Origin: a virus
Lineage: Duplodnaviria; Caudoviricetes
Direction: 5' to 3' (one strand)
IMG/VR virus record: IMGVR_UViG_3300035703_000122
Span: 1-55,094 of that record
Length of the DNA: 55,094 nt
The first letter of the stretch is position 1. Each line of letters opens with the position of its first letter. The notes below the pieces were generated by a model that worked only from the letters and a program-made list of their open reading frames with translations, did no database searches and was not told where the DNA came from. Shown in pieces: positions 45,442-54,138 of this stretch. The position numbers were made by a program, and so were the translations under genes.

Positions 45442-45611
45442 TCCACTTCCTCCGGGGCCTTGGCCTCTGCCTCGGCCTTCTGCTGCTGACGCTGCGCCTC
45501 GGCCAGGATCAGGTCGATGACCTGACGAACCTGGGCGTGCGGCATCTGATCCAGTGCGCGCAGCACGATGTTGAGTTGATCAATGGTGAAGGTGATGGTG
45601 ATGTTGTTCAT
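45438..45611 (-). CDS. Small hypothetical protein
   Basis: MNNITITFTIDQLNIVLRALDQMPHAQV, with coupled start and stop. Confidence 0.7.
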   Translation of the reverse strand: MNNITITFTIDQLNIVLRALDQMPHAQVRQVIDLILAEAQRQQQKAEAEAKAPEEVE

Positions 45612-45865
45612 GCTTCTTCCGTGATGACTGATTGCCAGTCGGTTGCCAATAGATCTGTCTGACTTGCTACCCAAGGAACAAGATCACCATCGACCGTCTT
45701 CATGTAGATGTACGGTCGGGTCATCTTGCTGAGTTTGGTTGGCGACTGGATGGCGAGCCACATACCCTTGCCGTTCCATCCGAGTCGCGCCACGCGGCCA
45801 CCCCGCTTGAGTTCTTCGAGGGCGGTGCCGAAGTCCACCGCTCCAGTTGTCGGGTCGTATGCCAT
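45608..45865 (-). CDS. DUF2829 / Tad2-like anti-defence sponge protein
   Basis: FGTALEELKRG.RVAR.GWNGKGMWL...YIYMKT.DG..VPWVASQTDLLATDW. Confidence 0.85.
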   Translation of the reverse strand: MAYDPTTGAVDFGTALEELKRGGRVARLGWNGKGMWLAIQSPTKLSKMTRPYIYMKTVDGDLVPWVASQTDLLATDWQSVITEEA

Positions 45866-45867
45866 GC

Positions 45868-46176
45868 TCAGAAGGGGATGTCGTCCTCTTCGTCCTGCAA
45901 GCGCGAGGCGGTGCGGCCACGCGGGGCCTCGTTGCGCTGCGGGGCGGGGCGGCTGGCAGGGCGGCTGGCGGAGGATTCCTCCATCGGCGTGACAGACAGA
46001 CTGAAGTACTTCTGTCCGGCCATCTTGCTGCCCTCGCGTCCAACCTTGATCCATGCGGACAGCCAAAAGTCCTGGCCGTTGACATTGATCCTGCCGCGAT
46101 AGTCGGGGTGGGAGTCCTTCTCCTTGCGATCATTCTTCGCCAGGAGGCCTGAGTTGGTGTTGTCGTAGGTGGTCAT
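45868..46176 (-). CDS. Putative ssDNA-binding protein
   Basis: HPDYRGRINVNG..FWLSAW and acidic tail EEDDIPF, next to the exonuclease and Sak genes. Confidence 0.75.
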   Translation of the reverse strand: MTTYDNTNSGLLAKNDRKEKDSHPDYRGRINVNGQDFWLSAWIKVGREGSKMAGQKYFSLSVTPMEESSASRPASRPAPQRNEAPRGRTASRLQDEEDDIPF

Positions 46177-46201
46177 TGGTGGTGGTTGCCTTTCCGGGGC
46201 G

Positions 46202-46822
46202 TTAGGAAGTCAGTCGGTACATGAGGGTGGCCTCTTCCTTGACAGGAGGCGGCTGTTCCTTCTTGCTCATTCGCGGAGGCTCGATCTGTGCCTGGACATA
46301 AGTCCAGAAATCGGCCAGTCGCAGGTGGAGCCAGTCCCAGTAGTCATTGCTTCTGGGCACGCGCTGCACCGTCATGGCCTCGGGCGTCCAGACCACGAAG
46401 TCGCACCAGTCGCGCCCCATGATCTGCATCTGTCCCTGCATCTGCGCCATGTAGTAAATCGGGATAGTGGTGTAGGCCTGCTTGCTAAATGGGCACTTGA
46501 TTTCGGCAAGGCCACTCTCGCCAACGAGAAGATCGGGAGAGCATCCGAGCCAGTCCATCTGCGGGTGGGCGTGGAAGCCGGTCTGTTGCCAGTCCTTTTC
46601 CTTGTGGTGAAGCGTGGTGTAGAGGCCGATCGCCGTTGGCTCGTGCTCAACGCCCCAGTCTGTTGCCTCGTTGCCCTCAAACACCTCGATGCCGAGAACC
46701 CTGCGCCAAGCCTGTTGCCAGGAGCCAGGGCCGAGTCCCGCAGCAGAGCCAAACATCGAGGCGGTGAGGCGACCCTCACGCGCCTTGTGCCATTCGTCGG
46801 TTCGCTGGAGCGGGTTCGACAT
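46202..46822 (-). CDS. Lambda-exonuclease / YqaJ family nuclease
   Basis: QRTDEW..AR.G.LTAS, WG..HE, CSPD, EIKCP and QMQGQM. Confidence 0.92.
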   Translation of the reverse strand: MSNPLQRTDEWHKAREGRLTASMFGSAAGLGPGSWQQAWRRVLGIEVFEGNEATDWGVEHEPTAIGLYTTLHHKEKDWQQTGFHAHPQMDWLGCSPDLLVGESGLAEIKCPFSKQAYTTIPIYYMAQMQGQMQIMGRDWCDFVVWTPEAMTVQRVPRSNDYWDWLHLRLADFWTYVQAQIEPPRMSKKEQPPPVKEEATLMYRLTS

Positions 46823-47466
46823 CAGTCAAGCCCCTTGGCGAGGGCGGCGCTGAACTCCTTCAGCGGGGCCTTGAGGTCTTCGTGCAGGGCGCTGTAAGTC
46901 GCCCGCAGGGCGTCAACAGTCTTGCAAGCGGTGAGGTCTTGCTTGGCCTTGGCGAGTTGCGCGGCAGTCACCTTCGGCTCAGGCTTCTTTGGCTCAGGCT
47001 TCTTGGCTTCCTGGGCGGCATCGCCCTCGGGCGGGAGGTCTTCGCCGTTGTAGATATACAGACCGATGCCGTGAAGCGCGATTGCCTTGGCAAGGCAACG
47101 CTGCATGGCGGTGTTGACCTCGAAAGCGTTCGGGTTCGGGATGGGGCGGTTCTTGTAGTCCATCACCGGCAGTTGCGCGGTGCGGCTCACGCCAAAGGCG
47201 TTGACCGTGCAGAACACCATCGCGGTGTCGCCGATGTGGAGAAAGGGCACCGAGTGGCCCGTCAAGTCTGTGGTGAACCGGTAGTCCCAGGTCGCCGCCG
47301 GATCACGCATCAGGAGCTGATCAACAGCCCAGGCCCACGAGAGGTACGACAGCCCATTCTTCTTCTCAACGTAGGCATTGACATCAATGGTGCGGAGCTT
47401 TGTATAGGTACAAGGTTCCTGTTGGGTGGAGTCCTTGGTGTCGTGTTCGGTGGTCACCTGGGGCAT
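46822..47466 (-). CDS. Sak-like ssDNA annealing protein (DUF1071)
   Basis: EKKNGLSYLSWAWA, LPVMD and RCLAKAIALHGIGLYIY.GEDLP. Confidence 0.9.
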   Translation of the reverse strand: MPQVTTEHDTKDSTQQEPCTYTKLRTIDVNAYVEKKNGLSYLSWAWAVDQLLMRDPAATWDYRFTTDLTGHSVPFLHIGDTAMVFCTVNAFGVSRTAQLPVMDYKNRPIPNPNAFEVNTAMQRCLAKAIALHGIGLYIYNGEDLPPEGDAAQEAKKPEPKKPEPKVTAAQLAKAKQDLTACKTVDALRATYSALHEDLKAPLKEFSAALAKGLD

Positions 47467-47578
47467 TCCTTTGTGCTCTGTGTTGATCGTAGAAGTTTCC
47501 ACGAAACCAGTACAGAAAACAAGCACCCTAGTGAAAATACCAGAACACGAGCATCGCGAGCGAGCAACGCGCGCGTTG

Positions 47579-47704
47579 ATTCTTTTCTATTGGTTCTTAG
47601 TTCTTAGTTCTTAGTTGCTATTCGCCCCCCTATTAGGGCCGCATTAGGGAGGCCATTAGGGGGGCGAATAGGGAGGGCATTAGGGTGGCATTAGCCCCCC
47701 TATT
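47579..47704. repeat. AT-rich TTCTTAG repeats plus G-rich 11-12 bp iterons (candidate origin)
   Basis: GTTCTTA x3, then TTAGGGCCGCA / TTAGGGAGGCCA / TTAGGGGGGCGA / ATAGGGAGGGCA / TTAGGGTGGCA. Confidence 0.75.
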
Positions 47705-47714
47705 AACAAGCGGA

Positions 47715-48392
47715 TTAGGCCGCTAGTGCGCCGTAATGACGATGCTCGACCAGGACACCGGCCACCTCGACCGCGCCACCTATCTTCATCACGTCAGGCC
47801 AATCCGGCGTCAAGGTGACAACCTGGGATTCGCCAGACTCGGTTCTTTGGTATCGACCCAACAGAACAGATGATCTGTCGACGATGACCAAAACAGTCTG
47901 TCCCGGCCGTGGCGGTATCGAGGTGTCAAACAGGAGGTCGTCGCCCGGGGTCACGCACCTGCTACAGCCGTTGGCCAGCGCTCGGATAGCGAAGGTCTTT
48001 CCGTGCGCGCCCAGGCTGGTCAGCAGCGAGTCCACCGGCTGCGCCTTGACGCCATTCAGGTGCGACACCACGTCGTCGTCACCGAGGAACACCTGGACGG
48101 AGACGAGGTTTCGGTCTTCAATCTCTTGCTTGGTAGGTATGGGATTGCCTTCTCCGCTCGCAAGCCAATTCGAATCAACGCCCAGTGCCTCGGCAATCTT
48201 GATGGTGTACCGGGATGTGGTTGCCTCATGCCCGTTCACGCCGCAGATGTACGCGATGGTCTGCTGCTTGGTGCCGACCTTGGCCGCCAGTTGCGCCTGA
48301 GTCATTCCGGTCGCGCTCAGTAGTGCGCGGACTCGCCCGCCCAGCGTAGGCTGGTTGAGTAAGGCTTTTTCGATGTCTGAGAGAGAGAGCAT
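47715..48392 (-). CDS. CI-like repressor (XRE HTH plus degenerate S24 domain)
   Basis: MTQAQLAAKVGTKQQTI...IAEALGV..NWL..GEG, with C-terminal FAIR...PGD..LFD...GVL. Confidence 0.85.
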   Translation of the reverse strand: MLSLSDIEKALLNQPTLGGRVRALLSATGMTQAQLAAKVGTKQQTIAYICGVNGHEATTSRYTIKIAEALGVDSNWLASGEGNPIPTKQEIEDRNLVSVQVFLGDDDVVSHLNGVKAQPVDSLLTSLGAHGKTFAIRALANGCSRCVTPGDDLLFDTSIPPRPGQTVLVIVDRSSVLLGRYQRTESGESQVVTLTPDWPDVMKIGGAVEVAGVLVEHRHYGALAA

Positions 48393-48797
48393 TACCACCT
48401 CCAGGGATGGTTGTGAGGATTGTCGAACGCGATCATTTACTGTTCATTTTGACTAAGGTTACTACGGATACCGCAGAATCGCAACAAGGCACGACAAGTT
48501 GCGGCGAATCCCGCCATTTTAAGAACCGCATACAAGGAAGCTCTTCGAACTTCCTCAAGCCACGCTTAGACAAAACTCAACTGGCAAGCGCGGCCTTGAG
48601 CTGCGGTAACCACGAAACTTGTTGAGCTTAGGACAAACACGACCCCCTGTTGTAAACCCAATCAAACACAAGGAAACTTGTTCCTGCCGGATAGGTGGCG
48701 GCTCGCTACCGACACCGAACGCAGGAGAGTTTCGTTCCTTTCGCTCCTGCTTCCGGCCCCCCTCGGGGGTTTGTGCAAGAAGGGTTCGAGGAACGCG

Positions 48798-49478
48798 ATG
48801 ATCTACTACCCGTTTCATGTGCGCGACTATGTGGCGGCAACGCGCCACCTGTCGATGCACGAAGACTTGGCGTACCGGCGTCTGCTGGACGCTTACTACA
48901 CCGCCGAACAGCCGCTGCCGCGTGATGCTGCCCAGTGCGCTCGCATGATTGCGATGCGCGAGTATGTCGAAGAGGTCGGCGCGGTTCTCAACGAGTTCTT
49001 CGTCCTGGCCGAAGATGGTTGGCACAACCAACGCGCCGATGAGGAGCTGGGCAAGTACCGCCTCATGGCCGAGGCCGGGAGGCGCGGTGCCCAGAAGCGA
49101 TGGGGTTCCCGTGGGGAGGGTATTGCCCCCGCCACTGCCCCCGCCACCGCCCCTGCTATTGGGGAGGTCAGTGGGGAGGGCATTGCCCCCGCCAAGACGA
49201 AGAGCGCCAAGGTCAAGCCAGTCCCCGCCCACGCCCCCGAGGGGGTTGATCCCGATGTGTGGTCGGAGTTCGTGGCCGCGCGCAAGAAGCGCGGCTCTTT
49301 GATTACCAAGCGCGTGATGGACGGCATCAAGTCCGAGGCAGAGATTGCCGGGTGGACTCTGAACGACGCGCTCAAGGAGGTTGTGCTTCGCGGTTGGCAG
49401 TCCTTTAAGGCCGAGTGGGTCAGCAAGGGTGGCAAGTCCAAGTCTGTCGAGCCTTGGGAAGTGGAGGGTGCGATTTGA
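48798..49478 (+). CDS. Replication initiator, DUF1376/YdaU family
   Basis: YYPFHVRDY...T.HLS..E..AYRRLLD.YY and C-terminal VWSEF...RKK...GWQSF, with internal 12-bp repeats. Confidence 0.88.
   Translation: MIYYPFHVRDYVAATRHLSMHEDLAYRRLLDAYYTAEQPLPRDAAQCARMIAMREYVEEVGAVLNEFFVLAEDGWHNQRADEELGKYRLMAEAGRRGAQKRWGSRGEGIAPATAPATAPAIGEVSGEGIAPAKTKSAKVKPVPAHAPEGVDPDVWSEFVAARKKRGSLITKRVMDGIKSEAEIAGWTLNDALKEVVLRGWQSFKAEWVSKGGKSKSVEPWEVEGAI
49111..49194 (+). repeat. Intragenic 12-bp iterons
   Basis: GTGGGGAGGGTA / TTGCCCCCGCCA / CTGCCCCCGCCA / CCGCCCCTGCTA / TTGGGGAGGTCA / GTGGGGAGGGCA / TTGCCCCCGCCA. Confidence 0.75.
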
Positions 49479-49900
49479 ACCCGAACACCGACAACCTTCT
49501 GGGCCGACTCGACAAGGTCAAGGGCCGCAACGGATCGTGGGTAGCCTGCTGCCCTGCGCACAAAGACCGCTCGCCCTCGCTCACGATCCGCGAAACATCG
49601 GACGGAAAACTCCTGCTGCACTGCTTCGCCGGTTGCGAGGTTGCTGATGTCGTCGCCGCGATCGGCATGGATCTGACCGATCTGTTCCCCCCTGAAACCA
49701 AGACCCGTGACTACGGTGTGCCGCAGAAGCGGCAGCGGTTCCTTGCGTCCGAGTTGCTTCAGGCCATCTCCCTTGAGGCCACCATCGTTGCCATCTGCGC
49801 ATACGACCTGAGCCAGGGCAAGGCCCTGCGCGACGCAGACCATGAGCGCCTGCGACTGGCGGCTTCTCGAATCAATGAGGCACTGGAGGCAAGCAAGTGA
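49475..49900 (+). CDS. Primase-type zinc-finger protein (no TOPRIM domain)
   Basis: CCPAH.D..PSL...LLHCFAGC. TTG start overlaps the upstream stop. Confidence 0.8.
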   Translation: MNPNTDNLLGRLDKVKGRNGSWVACCPAHKDRSPSLTIRETSDGKLLLHCFAGCEVADVVAAIGMDLTDLFPPETKTRDYGVPQKRQRFLASELLQAISLEATIVAICAYDLSQGKALRDADHERLRLAASRINEALEASK

Positions 49901-50853
49901 GCAGCATCGTTTCGATTGAGTCTGTCGCCCGTCGCCTCGACGAGGCCAGGAGCACCCGCCTGAAGGACACCAAGATCGACTTCGACGGGTACATGAAGGC
50001 GCGACATGAGGACGTCGCCAACATTCGCGGAACTGTCGACTTCCGAGAGGAAGTCATGGACGAGTTCTTCGGTGACCAAAAGTCCAACGGCAAAGACCTG
50101 CCCTGGACAAAGTCGTTTGACAAGTTCCACATTCGACGCGGCGAGGTGTCTGTTTGGACTGGCTTCAACGGACACATGAAGTCGATGGTCACTGGCTATG
50201 TGATGCTCGGCCTGACCAAGCAAGATGAGAAGGTCTGCATTGCGTCGTTTGAGATGCCGCCGCGCAAGACCCTCAAGCGCATGGCTTGTCAGGCCATCGG
50301 TCTGCGCAACCCGACCGAGAAGTTTGTCCACAAGTTCCTCGACGACATGGAGGGCAATCTGTTCCTGTACGACCAGCAGGGAGAGACGACCCCAGAGCGA
50401 ATCCTCGCGGTTATCTACTACTGCGCCGAGCAACTCGGTGTCACGCAGTTCGTGATCGACAGCCTAATGAAGGTGGTCGCGGGCGAGGATGACTACAACG
50501 GACAGAAGCGGTTCATGGGGCAACTGTGCGCCGCCGCCAAGGATCTCAACATCCACATCCACCTTGTGCATCACTCGCGCAAGCGTGACGACGAGGCCAA
50601 GCGCCCAGGCAAGCAAGACGCCAAGGGTTCCGGGGCCATCGTGGATCAGGCCGACAACTTCCTCACGGTCTACAAGTTCCCTCGCAAGGACGGCAAGGAG
50701 ACGGACGACAAGGGCGAGCCTTTACCCACCCACGGCCTCTATGTGGACAAGCAACGCCACGGCGAATGGGAGGGCGCATTCCTGCTCTGGTTTGACGACA
50801 ACAGTCTCCAGTTCAAGGAGCACCCAAAGGAGAAGGTGAGGTACTGGGTATGA
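49897..50853 (+). CDS. DnaB / T7 gp4-like SF4 helicase
   Basis: GFNGHMKS (Walker A variant), SFEM, FVIDSL, HLVHH.RK, KGSGAI...ADN and KQRHG. Confidence 0.9.
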   Translation: MSSIVSIESVARRLDEARSTRLKDTKIDFDGYMKARHEDVANIRGTVDFREEVMDEFFGDQKSNGKDLPWTKSFDKFHIRRGEVSVWTGFNGHMKSMVTGYVMLGLTKQDEKVCIASFEMPPRKTLKRMACQAIGLRNPTEKFVHKFLDDMEGNLFLYDQQGETTPERILAVIYYCAEQLGVTQFVIDSLMKVVAGEDDYNGQKRFMGQLCAAAKDLNIHIHLVHHSRKRDDEAKRPGKQDAKGSGAIVDQADNFLTVYKFPRKDGKETDDKGEPLPTHGLYVDKQRHGEWEGAFLLWFDDNSLQFKEHPKEKVRYWV

Positions 50854-51113
50854 CGCCGGAAGAGCAGCGCAAGCGCAATAGAGAACAGATGCCCAACGTG
50901 GCAGCCATGCTCGATGAGTTCAGGGCCGCCAATCCGGGTCTCCAGTTCAAGGTGGTATGGGCCAAGGATCACGGCACCGGCCTTGAGGTCGGCAAGCGCG
51001 ACGACCCCAAGCCCGAGCAGGTGTTCGTGATACCAGAGTCCTACGGACAGACAAAGAAACCCGAGGCATCTCCCTCGTGGAAACAGATTGGCAAGAAGGG
51101 GAAGCGCAAATGA
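50850..51113 (+). CDS. Hypothetical protein
   Basis: NREQMPNVAAMLDEFR, with ATGA coupling. Confidence 0.7.
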   Translation: MTPEEQRKRNREQMPNVAAMLDEFRAANPGLQFKVVWAKDHGTGLEVGKRDDPKPEQVFVIPESYGQTKKPEASPSWKQIGKKGKRK

Positions 51114-51448
51114 GTGACCGGGCCGAGGCAAGACTGCAAGAACTTCGCACCATGTCCGAAGAGTTCGCCGAGGCGTACTCGGATCGGATGTACCTGGAAG
51201 AGTTCAAGAAGAGCAAGCTCGCTCTGCTGATGAAGAAGGCAGAGTCGGCCGGATTCACATCCGCCGCAGCCCAGGAGCGCGAAGCGCGGGCTGACTCTGA
51301 GTACATCGAACTGTTGGATGCGCTTCGAGTGGCGACCGAACAGAGCGAGCGGCTGCGCTGGCACCTTGAGGTCTCCAAGCTGGGTGTTGCCGTCTGGCAA
51401 ACCCAACAGGCCAACGAGCGTGCAGAAAGGAAGGTGTACGGAGCATGA
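51110..51448 (+). CDS. Helical hypothetical protein
   Basis: AAAQEREARA..EY...WQTQQANER, with ATGA coupling. Confidence 0.75.
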   Translation: MSDRAEARLQELRTMSEEFAEAYSDRMYLEEFKKSKLALLMKKAESAGFTSAAAQEREARADSEYIELLDALRVATEQSERLRWHLEVSKLGVAVWQTQQANERAERKVYGA

Positions 51449-51654
51449 GCGCCCTGCACACACAGGTCGGCGGCGACCACTACAAACTTCCCATCCAGCC
51501 TGTTGAGTACATCTACGCCAACAACATCGGCTACTTTGAAGGCAATGTCATCAAGTATGTGACGCGATGGAAGGACAAGGGCGGCATCGCTGACCTGGAG
51601 AAGGCGCGTCACTACATAGACCTGTTGATCGAGCTGGCGCAGCGCAGGGGTTGA
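51445..51654 (+). CDS. DUF3310 protein (T7 gp1.7-like nucleotide kinase family)
   Basis: QVGGDHY, GNVIKYV.R and DLEKARHY. Confidence 0.88.
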   Translation: MSALHTQVGGDHYKLPIQPVEYIYANNIGYFEGNVIKYVTRWKDKGGIADLEKARHYIDLLIELAQRRG

Positions 51655-51658
51655 GCGG

Positions 51659-52135
51659 GTGTCTGTTGTGTCGCTGGACGCTGGAGAGATGGCGGTGGCG
51701 CAGGCGGTGGCCGCAATGCGCCACGGAATCAACCGCGCAAGCAGCGTGAGCAACAGCCGCGTCGGGCCGCAGTCCGACTATCAAACAGATCTGGATGGTC
51801 TGGTGGCCGAGATCGCCTGGGCCAAGTGGCGCAACTGTTATCCCGACCTGTCTGTCTCGCCTCGATCCGGTGGTGCGGACGCCCTGGTCAGCGGCAAGCG
51901 CGTGGACATCAAGGCCACTCGCTACGCCAACGGCAGGCTACTTGCCGTGCCAAGCAAGCACAAGGATGACGCTGATGTGTATGTCCTTGCGATCGTCAAC
52001 GAGAGCACGGTGAGGTTCCCTGGCTGGGCCTACTCGGACGAGCTGCTGTCCGAACAGAACCTGACAGACCTCGGGCATGGCCCGACCTACGCCATGACCC
52101 AAGACCAACTTCGCCCATTCAAGGAGGCGGCATGA
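51659..52135 (+). CDS. Putative PD-(D/E)XK-fold nuclease
   Basis: G..AE, GGAD and VDIK motifs. Confidence 0.6.
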   Translation: MSVVSLDAGEMAVAQAVAAMRHGINRASSVSNSRVGPQSDYQTDLDGLVAEIAWAKWRNCYPDLSVSPRSGGADALVSGKRVDIKATRYANGRLLAVPSKHKDDADVYVLAIVNESTVRFPGWAYSDELLSEQNLTDLGHGPTYAMTQDQLRPFKEAA

Positions 52136-52464
52136 AACCAATCCCGCCACACACGACATTCAAGCAGGCTCTTCAGCGCGGGTTCGTTGGCCGCATGGAA
52201 GACCGCAAGTACATGGATTGGGTCAAGTCGCTGCGTTGCGTGGGGTGCAACAGAGAGGCAGATGACCCGCATCACCCCTACGGCGTTGGCTTCAAGGGGA
52301 TGGGGACAAAGGTGCCCGATTACTGGGTGATACCGCTGTGCCGCAACTGCCACGACAACCTTCACCACGACCCGGATAAGTGGGAGGAGGTGAATGGACA
52401 ACAGACGGAGCACGCGCTGATGACGCTGACCCAGGCGATCTACGAGGGAAGGATCAAGCTGTGA
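52132..52464 (+). CDS. DUF968 / HNH-like protein
   Basis: YMDWVKSL.C..C....DDPHH...GMGTK...IPLCR.CH...H. Confidence 0.85.
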   Translation: MKPIPPHTTFKQALQRGFVGRMEDRKYMDWVKSLRCVGCNREADDPHHPYGVGFKGMGTKVPDYWVIPLCRNCHDNLHHDPDKWEEVNGQQTEHALMTLTQAIYEGRIKL

Positions 52465-52994
52465 CGACCCTGACCCTGTCGTTTGCGCGCGAGAAGTGCA
52501 AGACCATCGGCTGCCCCAGGACTGCCGGTGTGTTTGGGGTGTGCGAAGAGCATGAGGCCAGAGAGATTCACCGCTACTGGGCGCAAGCAGCCAGTGATGG
52601 AATCTGTGACTGGAAGAAGCCAGCCTGCTTCCGAACAGACCGCGAGTGGAGGGAGTATGTGGTGGCGTTCATGCTGTGCCGGAACAGCAAGGAGCGGCAA
52701 CGCAACAGAGTCGACTACTGCCGAGACTGCACGCCGGAGTTCAAGGCGGAACAGACCAAGCTGGGCAAGTGCGCTCACCCGGAGACGGTCTTTATCCGCC
52801 CCCAGGTTTCAACAGAGGATGTGGTTGGGGTCTCATTCGACGAGAAGAAGAAGTCGAATGTGGCATGGGAGAACGCCATGCTGGGCGCTTCGGGCGAGAT
52901 CGTGGGTCTGCCCGATGAGGAGGCGATGTCCGACAGCTTGAAGCGACTGACATCACCGAAGAAGAAAGGGAGGCCTCGCAGTGAGGATGCTTGA
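52461..52994 (+). CDS. Cys-rich hypothetical protein
   Basis: CxxxxC...CxxH, then PACF and YCRDC...C.HPE. Confidence 0.7.
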   Translation: MTTLTLSFAREKCKTIGCPRTAGVFGVCEEHEAREIHRYWAQAASDGICDWKKPACFRTDREWREYVVAFMLCRNSKERQRNRVDYCRDCTPEFKAEQTKLGKCAHPETVFIRPQVSTEDVVGVSFDEKKKSNVAWENAMLGASGEIVGLPDEEAMSDSLKRLTSPKKKGRPRSEDA

Positions 52995-53409
52995 GTTCCC
53001 GTACCCGATCAGCGCCAACCGCTACTGGCGCACCTTCAGGGGGATGACTGTTCGCAGCAAGGAGGCGCAGGGCTACAAGGAGTCTGCCGCCATCATCTGT
53101 GACATCCACAGAGTAAAAATTCTTACTTGCCCGGTAACGGTCTCGATGACCCTGCATCCGCCGATCCCGAAGGATTGGAAGAAGCGGGAGAAGAAGGAGC
53201 CGAGGTATTGGCCGCTGTCTGTTCGGCGGCTAGACCTGGACAACTGTCAGAAGGTCATCCTCGATGCGCTGCAAGGCTGCGCGTATGAGAACGACAAACA
53301 GATCACGGCAATCTCCATCACGCTCGGGATCCCGATGGAGCGGGGCTGCATCATGGTGGGGGTTGAGCCTGACCCGTACTGGTCAACGCCCGAGCAGAGG
53401 GCTGCGTAA
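52981..53409 (+). CDS. rusA: RusA-like Holliday junction resolvase
   Basis: PISANRYW and DLDN..K...DAL......ND.QI. Confidence 0.9.
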   Translation: MRMLEFPYPISANRYWRTFRGMTVRSKEAQGYKESAAIICDIHRVKILTCPVTVSMTLHPPIPKDWKKREKKEPRYWPLSVRRLDLDNCQKVILDALQGCAYENDKQITAISITLGIPMERGCIMVGVEPDPYWSTPEQRAA

Positions 53410-53897
53410 TGGAGTTCCGTAGTTGCGAGCAGGCGGTCAAGTTTGCGTATCGCATCAGCGATCGCGTCGAGTACGCGAGGTCAGATCCAGGCGCGGTCAG
53501 GGGCCTGTCTGTTTCGGGCCTGAGTCCGCTGGACTTGCACGCACAGGCGGCGATGATTCAGTCTCGGATCGAGAGGCTTGGCCCGACAGATCGTTGTTCA
53601 TTGATTGCGATGCACGGATTGGGGAGGGCGCGGACGGATGCAATTCGGCAGTTGTCTGCCTACATCTACCCCTCTGTGAGAGAGGCAATCCCAGGACAGA
53701 GCGAGGTTGCTCTGATCGTTTGTCATTGGGCGACAAAGCGTCCATCCATCAGAAGGATGGCAGAGGATCGTGGCGTCAGTTACAGGAAGGTGTGCGCCTG
53801 GAGGTCTGCCGTACTGCGGGCATGGGTGCCTCACTATGTGAGGGCCATCGACAGACTCCAGGCTTCGTTAGAAGAGGGCGGTGTTGTGTTTACCTAG
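53409..53897 (+). CDS. Putative late regulator / Q-like antiterminator
   Basis: F.S...AV.FA N-terminus and C-terminal HTH (SIRRMAEDRGVSYRKV). Last gene of the replication operon. Confidence 0.6.
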   Translation: MEFRSCEQAVKFAYRISDRVEYARSDPGAVRGLSVSGLSPLDLHAQAAMIQSRIERLGPTDRCSLIAMHGLGRARTDAIRQLSAYIYPSVREAIPGQSEVALIVCHWATKRPSIRRMAEDRGVSYRKVCAWRSAVLRAWVPHYVRAIDRLQASLEEGGVVFT

Positions 53898-54138
53898 ACC
53901 TTGGCTCGAACAGCCTAGCCTCCCTGCCGCACTCACCCTCGTACCTCATGGTGATGCAGGTGCCGTGGTTGACTGCGGTTGCCTTTGGCGAAAGGCGACA
54001 GGCCATGACTGTTGAGGTTTCTCGGGATGCAACACCCCCCTGAAACTCATGGTAGTGCTTACAAGCCATGCAGGTCTCTCTCTCTTTGTCCCACAGATAC
54101 TCCGGTAGTTTCCACCGCTGTTCTGGTTGCCAGGTCAT
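53890..54138 (-). CDS. Cys-rich hypothetical protein
   Basis: CMACKHY...C...C...R...CG..ARLFEP, with ATGA coupling. Confidence 0.65.
   Translation of the reverse strand: MTWQPEQRWKLPEYLWDKERETCMACKHYHEFQGGVASRETSTVMACRLSPKATAVNHGTCITMRYEGECGREARLFEPRSR

Noticed and set aside
47632-47694. Telomeric TTAGGG repeats or eukaryotic contamination
   Set aside because: The TTAGGG units are part of 11-12 bp iterons matching the phage initiator gene repeats, not tandem hexamers.
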